A stretch of 64,000 bases of DNA from Sporopachydermia quercuum (taxonomy: Eukaryota). Under the pieces are notes generated by a model. The model did not search any database. It had not been told where the DNA came from and saw nothing but the letters and a program-made list of their open reading frames with translations. The translations under genes were made by a program, and so were the position numbers. Shown here one piece after another: positions 57,818 through 64,000 of this stretch. The stretch covers positions 1,178,001-1,242,000 of the forward strand of contig BCGN01000008.1 of the NCBI GenBank assembly GCA_001599295.1. The letters run 5' to 3'. Position 1 is the first letter of the stretch. The number at the start of each line of letters is the position of its first letter.

Positions 57818-59289
57818 TCATTCTTCTTCACTACTGCTTAGATTATCTTCCTCCAGTCGTCGTTGGGATACTAACCCTTTTAAACTAATAGGACCTCTGA
57901 TGTTTCCTTGTCTATTAGAAAACTGGTCGTTCTGTTTGCCCTTATCACTATCATTAGTATCAGAATCATCTACTATTGTAATAGCTTGACCTGTATATCC
58001 TGAATCTCCATCATCATCATCGTCATCGTCGTCAACGTCATTACTTTCTTCCTCACTATCATGATTATGATCTAAATCGTATGCTGTAGCATCCGGTTCA
58101 AAATCCTCTGTACCTAGGATTTCCAGCTCATCAGCCAATTCACCCAACAAGTCGTCGTCCTCTTCATCTTCATCTTCGTCCTGCACGATTGAATTCTTCT
58201 CTATTTCGTTTCCAGAGTCTTCTTGACTCGTTTCTGCTTCATTTTCTACAGATTTAGGTAGAATAAGACCTGGGACTTTCTTAGAGCTAATAGCAGGTCT
58301 TCTAGGCTCGGGTTTTGGCTTTGGGTTAATTGGAATCGATTTTGACGGTCGTTTAGAACCAATTGAAGCCGAGAATTTCGTCTTAGTAGATGTGGCGGTG
58401 GATGAATGATTTTTTTCTTTCTTCTGAGGTTCCGTCTTAATATCACTCACAACAAGAGTAGGCTCCGATTGGATTTCCGACGTGTTAGAACTAGCGGTGG
58501 AAACAACAGTGCGATTAGACTTCGCCGGCCGTTTCCCGCTCGTAGGAGCAATTGTTTTTGGAGGTAACTTTTTCCCACCGACAAAAACAGATGTTGGCTT
58601 TTTTCTCTTTGCTTGGACACGCACCGTAGCTGCCAGAGGTTTAAGTTCATAGCTATTAGTTTTCTCGTTGTAAACTAGGACACAGTCGAGTTCTTTGGAT
58701 TTTGTTCCTTTGCCAGAGAAGAAAACTGGTTCGTCAGACTGCACTAATGTTAATGTGTGGTTCATAGAAGTGTGGCAAGTTGGAGTCGATGTCTTGACTT
58801 ATGTGTATAAGAATGATAAGTGTTATGTAAACTTCATGAGTAGGAGTAAAGAAAACAGTCTAGCAGTTAATGAGATGACAAAAAAGGATAGAAACAAAAT
58901 TAGGGAAATACAATCAAATTAAGGACAGAATACATATTTCAACTGCTTGAAAAGTGAACGGATAATTGCTGTAAGCATCAAAAATTAACAACTTAAGTAA
59001 TAATTAACATACCTGTGATCGAGCTTCTATGTTGTATGCTTCGTTTGCCATTGTTTCAAACACCAGTGGTTTTGCATCGTCTATTGAATCTGGTCGAAAG
59101 CCATCTAACATAAGTAGTGATTAGTAAACAGTAGGATAGGTAGGATATCAGGATTAACATTGGTTCATTATAAGAATGTCTCAACTTACATCTAATGCTG
59201 AATGTGCTTTCAGGAGCATCTTCAAGGCTACTATTGAGAAAGTAGTCAGGAATGGACACTCTATATTCTTCACTGGGTACTTCTGTCAT
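57818..59289 (-). CDS. EAF (ELL-associated factor) N-terminal domain protein, 3 exons
   Basis: Exons 59289-59190, 59104-59013, 58738-57818. Spliced protein reads FSIR|YGFRPDSID...NIEARSQ|SDEPVFFSGKGTKSKELDCVLVYNEKTNSYELKPL, then an acidic tail ending GPISL...LSSSEEE. Confidence 0.75.
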
Positions 59290-60482
59290 GNTTAAATTGT
59301 GATGCCGCTCGTGATAGTGTTCGATGCTGTAGAGACTTTTAATCCAAAGTTAAATATAATTAAGGATAGAAAGCGGTTGGCGTGAACCATACGATGGTGT
59401 TGGCAGTTGATAATAGACTGTATTGTGCCAATAGCTGTTGGGATTTGATTGAGATTGTAATGGTTGTAGAATTGTGGATTTTGCTAGTTGAATGTGCTTT
59501 GTGTACCGTAAATAAAACAATCACAAGCACAAACTAGTCCTTCTTTAGAATTGTGTTATAGGATATATTATCAAATCAAACCACAAATTCTTATGTTTGT
59601 ATCTGAGTAGCTTTGAAAATAAAGCATACAAGAAATCCGAATGTTACACCATAAACCTAGCCTTATTATCTCAATTGTGCTGTTATAGCCAAATTGAATA
59701 GTCAAATGTGAATGCCTGTTTTTCCTGCTGCTTGGGCTATTCAGCAGTATTCACTGTAATTTCCTTTCGCCTGTTTCAATTCAAATCAAACCATTATCCT
59801 GTTGATTATCGCTAGAACCCTATAGATTATATTGAATTAACGAAAGGGGAAGCTGATTACTAAGTAAAGAAACAGTAAGAATAAGGTTGAGAAAGGTGGG
59901 GATTGGATATTATGGAAGGAGGACGAACAAGCATAGCTAAGAATGTTAACAGAACAAAATCGAACGTAGAAAGAATTGCAACAGAAGGCCTCACTGTTAA
60001 ATATTGTTTAATAATGAGTGAAACAGACGATTTCTGGATATATGGTATAATCATTGAAGCTTATAGAGCAGCTAGGATCATGAGGCAAAGTTAAGGTTTG
60101 AATATAACGCATTTATTTGCATACAATCGCATATATTTCTTGATTTAAGATACGTGAGCCTTACCTTTTGTTCAAACTACAGAATATAAAACTTAAAAAA
60201 TGTATCTCAGAACNATAGTATTCCATCAGTATATTTGCTGATAATTAATCTCAGAAGGTATTAGGGACAATTGCATTCAACGTTATTTCCTCATCCAGAT
60301 TCTTAGTTTTAGATTTATGCATCTAACATGCACAAAATCATTTTTACATGGAGTATAATTCCGTTCCAGTATTCATTCTAAACTCTTCGAACATCAATTT
60401 ATTATCCTAATTTACTATACTGACGCTATATTAAATCATCATCACTACCCATGCACATATCAAGATCAATAGNTACTAACAA

Positions 60483-61346
60483 CTAAGATCTCAAAGCTCT
60501 CAATCTTTCAGTCAATTTATCTTCCTGAGCTTCATTCACTGCAAGCTTTGTTGCAGGAGCCTCAATCTTCTTATCTTCCATTTCATGCTTCAACTCCAAA
60601 CCTGCTTCATCGGCAACTTGTTGCATCAATGAATCGACTTCTTCTTGAGGTGTAGTTACTGCATTAGCATTACTAGTAGCGTTTTCATAGTAATTAGTCG
60701 CTGCATCCAAATCTTCGAATTGTGTCTCAAACTTCTCCATCACCATCGATATTTTCTCCAAGTTCATTGTTTCCAGGGCTTTATCCATTCCTCTGACAAC
60801 ATTTGCCATATTACCAGTAACTTGTCGCATTGTAACAGCTGTCTGAACTCTTGATGCAACTGCGTCAATACGTGAAGCTAGTCGAAGAAGGTTCAACCGT
60901 TCAGATCGCTTTCTAATAGCATTCTGNGCATAAAGTGAAGCAATATCATTATTACCTTGCATCATGGCCTGAAAAAAAATAGTTAATAAAACTACAGCAT
61001 GTTTCTAAATACTAATCTAATTCGATAATCAGAACATACTTTCTTGACTTTATTCTTTTCAGTTGTTTCCTCCTTAGCAGCTTTAGCGGCCTGCTTATTG
61101 AGCTGTTTAGCTGTGAACTATTGAAACCTGTTAGCGTTTGATGATCATATTACACATAACCGCTAGGGGCAAAGCTGTTTCTATGAAATATTTAGATTTT
61201 GGTGACTAATCTTACCTTCAGCTGGAATAATGATTCTATAAACAGTTAGTATACCATTCGTTGATAATACAAGAGCTTCTTATCATCATCAAAGGCTTCA
61301 CTTTCTACTTTCTACGAAGACAAAACATACTTTCTAGACCTGACAT
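60483..61346 (-). CDS. DID2: ESCRT-III associated protein Did2/CHMP1, 4 exons
   Basis: Exons 61346-61331, 61235-61216, 61117-61040, 60968-60483. [22 protein letters not shown]...[30 protein letters not shown]...[10 protein letters not shown]. Confidence 0.95.
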
Positions 61347-63171
61347 TATGATCTCCCAACTTCCAAAAAGTACGCTCCTTGGTTGACAATACCAGCTTAT
61401 TTATCTATCAATATTAATCAGAAATAATCTGCTGAAAACACTTGATTTGTACTGGATATATCCTATTAGTTGTAGTAAAACAAAGATAGAGCAAATGTAT
61501 GAACCAACTGTGAGTCATAAACCAAAGACGATGCTTCTTTTTCAACCTCTCAAAGTTATGAAACTAAAAAAAGCTCTATCAGTTTGTCGTCTTCGAAATA
61601 TATAACTGATCGTCTTATTATATACATAGATTACACCCTTTTCTTTTTGATAGAATCATTTTGTTATCTACGTAGGATACTGTTAGTAAAGAGAAGAGGT
61701 GCAAAAGAAGCAGAAGATGTTGTGATAAGTATATTAATGATTACGTGATATANAATGAATATATCATGTGATCCCTTTGATCTTCGAATTGCAAGAGGAG
61801 ATGTGAAATAAATAAATAAAGTTTAATATTTGAAGTTTGATGCATGATAGTGTGATATAGTAACTTAATTATCTGTCTGGCGATGCATTGTTGTAACACT
61901 TGAAAAGACGCCCGCAAATAGTAACAATATTAAATAACATTTTGTCCTTTATAAAAAGATATTTTCTTTAAGAAACAATCTTAGCTTGGTTCCTACGCAA
62001 CTTAAAGTATATAATACTTTGAACACCACTTCTACCTCGGTTAAAATTTTCTCTTTTAAAGTTTCATTAATTAGCTCTCTAGACAACTGACTAACTGAAA
62101 ACGGCAACGGTATTTCATTCACACTCAACAGCCAACACTATACTTCACCCACTTCACCAGTTTTATATATAACTTTGCACTCAAAATTTCAAAGCCTTAA
62201 TAAAGCATTTACAAGTAATCATCTAGTACGCTCGTCACAAATTTCAATTATCAGTTTTTCCACCAACATCACCTTTTCATTTTGTCCCACATCACTCCTT
62301 CTTGCCTCATGCAAGTTTCCTGCATCTAACTGTTTCCCTACGTCTATCTTGCATATATTCCTTTTATGGATATATCCCACTTTTTACCGCGTCCCCATTT
62401 TTTGCATCGTCTGGTAGAAGGTAAAAAAAAGTTAATACTTAATTAAATATCTGATATCAAACATTTGTTTACCTAGAATATTGTCATTTCCGTGCGGTAA
62501 ACAAACCACTTACATTCTGTAAAGAGAACTTACATGAATAGCTAACTGAATTATAAATCCCACCACTGGAAAGCTGTTTTATCAGTCACTAGTTATAGAA
62601 ACATTCAACTTTTGGTTATCTATTGTTGATAGTAAGGCATCCAGGCAGCGAACAAAGTAATACGATAGATTTTTCTAGTAAATCTCAACGCAGGATTTAG
62701 CGTATAATTCAGGATTCTATTAGGACTATCAATTGGGCATTCCAGCAGATTTTCCAGCTTTCAGAGGTAGATTTCACAGTTTTGACTCACTTGGGAAGAA
62801 ACCGGTCTGTAATCGTCATTTCACATATTAGAGAGCCCAAAGGTGGTTTCAATTATCAACAGAACGAGAGTAAATTGCTATCATCAGCCAGCAAAAAATA
62901 GGACAAAAGCTCTCATATTGCTATTGGAAGAGTATCTTTCCTCTCTATCCTTCCGTTCCTTTTTTTGCTGCTTAGCTTTTCAATTTCCAGTCTTGAATCG
63001 TTTCTATCAATCGCGTGACAGAAAATCTGACAAATACGACATCGAACAGGACTATTACATAGAAATCACGGCCAAGAAGCAGAGAGTGAACCAAATTACC
63101 TTTCAGAAATCTTATACTTCCAAATACAAGTCTTAGGTAAACTCAACTAGATATAAGTATAATGTTTCATC

Positions 63172-63738
63172 ATGACTAGAACTGATATCAACTTACCATT
63201 CAACTCAACAACTCTCTATTCATCCTTGACATTTATGATCCTCCGTTACAGCGAATTGAATCCCTTGGGATTATCACCATACGTATCTTCGGTGCTATTT
63301 GCTGGCTCGGTATCGATAATAACTTGCTGCCGCACGTTATATAAAATGTTCCAGCCCCCAGAAGTATCAGGCTACGATAAGACAATATCTGCTAACAGAA
63401 GATTTCTTGCTCCAGTACTAATTTTGGCTGAATTGATGGATTGGTTTAAAGTCAATTTCTATATTTTGCTGCTTCGATACTTTTGGGATGATAAGTACAG
63501 GCTTATAGTTGATTTATTCTACAAGATAAAGGGCCATTTGGATGGTAGATATGAGATTTTACTAGATGGGATTAAATACGAGGAGTGGTCAATGAAGCTT
63601 TTAGAAGGATATGAGGATTTGATAACACGATTAAGGACATCGCAGCAGATATTGCAAGTTTATGAAGTGGTGAAGAAGATGCAGGAGAGGTTCAGTCAGT
63701 ACGAGAAGATAGTTGAAAGCCTTAGGGGTAAAAGATAG
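63172..63738 (+). CDS. Hypothetical protein (188 aa), possible membrane segment plus helical C-terminus
   Basis: ATG-initiated 567 nt ORF with no overlapping gene; no recognisable motif. Confidence 0.5.
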   Translation: MTRTDINLPFNSTTLYSSLTFMILRYSELNPLGLSPYVSSVLFAGSVSIITCCRTLYKMFQPPEVSGYDKTISANRRFLAPVLILAELMDWFKVNFYILLLRYFWDDKYRLIVDLFYKIKGHLDGRYEILLDGIKYEEWSMKLLEGYEDLITRLRTSQQILQVYEVVKKMQERFSQYEKIVESLRGKR

Positions 63739-64000
63739 GCGGTAAGAGGTGGAATTCCTTAGAATGTGTATGATAAGTGAGAGTAGCGGTCTGGGAACAG
63801 GAAGCTGAATAGGAATGTTGAACGGGATTTGTTCAAACCTGTTAGTGTCAACTGATGAACATGGTGATTGTCCTGCTAGTTATCCTTCTTACTATTGTAT
63901 TGATTATTTTAATGGTCCGCTTGTTGCTATTACCTGAACAAGGAAGAATATACTCAAATCACCTTCAAATAGTCGTATTATCCTGCACTACTAAGACTCC

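Noticed and set aside
4203..58922. Numerous antisense or overlapping ORFs in the track (e.g. 4203-4697, 20120-20686, 41720-42124, 52781-53203)
   Set aside because: Shadows of real genes on the opposite strand or frame, mostly Ser-rich antisense translations
1..64000. Alternative genetic code, CRISPR arrays, transposase or retroelement ORFs
   Set aside because: CTG occurs at conserved Leu positions; no regularly spaced repeat-spacer array and no RT/integrase/transposase motifs seen. Scattered N bases are assembly ambiguities

Overview
Eukaryotic nuclear DNA from an AT-rich, intron-containing budding yeast (Saccharomycotina). CTG encodes conserved Leu in DID2 (FQLKF) and CCT7 (ELELKAE), so this is the standard code rather than a CUG-Ser/Ala clade. 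The window holds about 24 protein genes: MCH-family MFS (partial), a USP-domain protein, MYG1, RPL35, UFD2, an R3H/SUZ RBS1-like gene, an XlnR-like Zn2Cys6 factor, JSN1/PUF2, YSA1, KAE1, STE11, a NIPA Mg transporter, DCR2, TRS33, OCA1, a DH/RhoGEF FUS2-like gene, PEP5/VPS11, SPC34, MDV1/CAF4, CCT7, an EAF-domain protein, DID2 and two orphan ORFs. It also holds one tRNA-Glu(TTC). I reconstructed 16 spliceosomal introns in 10 genes by hand; the ORF track misses them. I saw no transposase, CRISPR or prokaryotic system. The most notable unexplained signals are: (1) patchy, strong enrichment of CCG/CGG trinucleotides that crosses gene, intron and intergenic boundaries; (2) a ~175 bp dispersed element present twice in inverted orientation; (3) a spliced EAF (ELL-associated factor) homologue; (4) a short XlnR-like regulator with Mig1/CreA- and GGCTAR-type upstream sites; (5) long-range pairing in the RPL35 intron. 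Gene names come from motif recognition, not database searches, and all counts are approximate hand counts.
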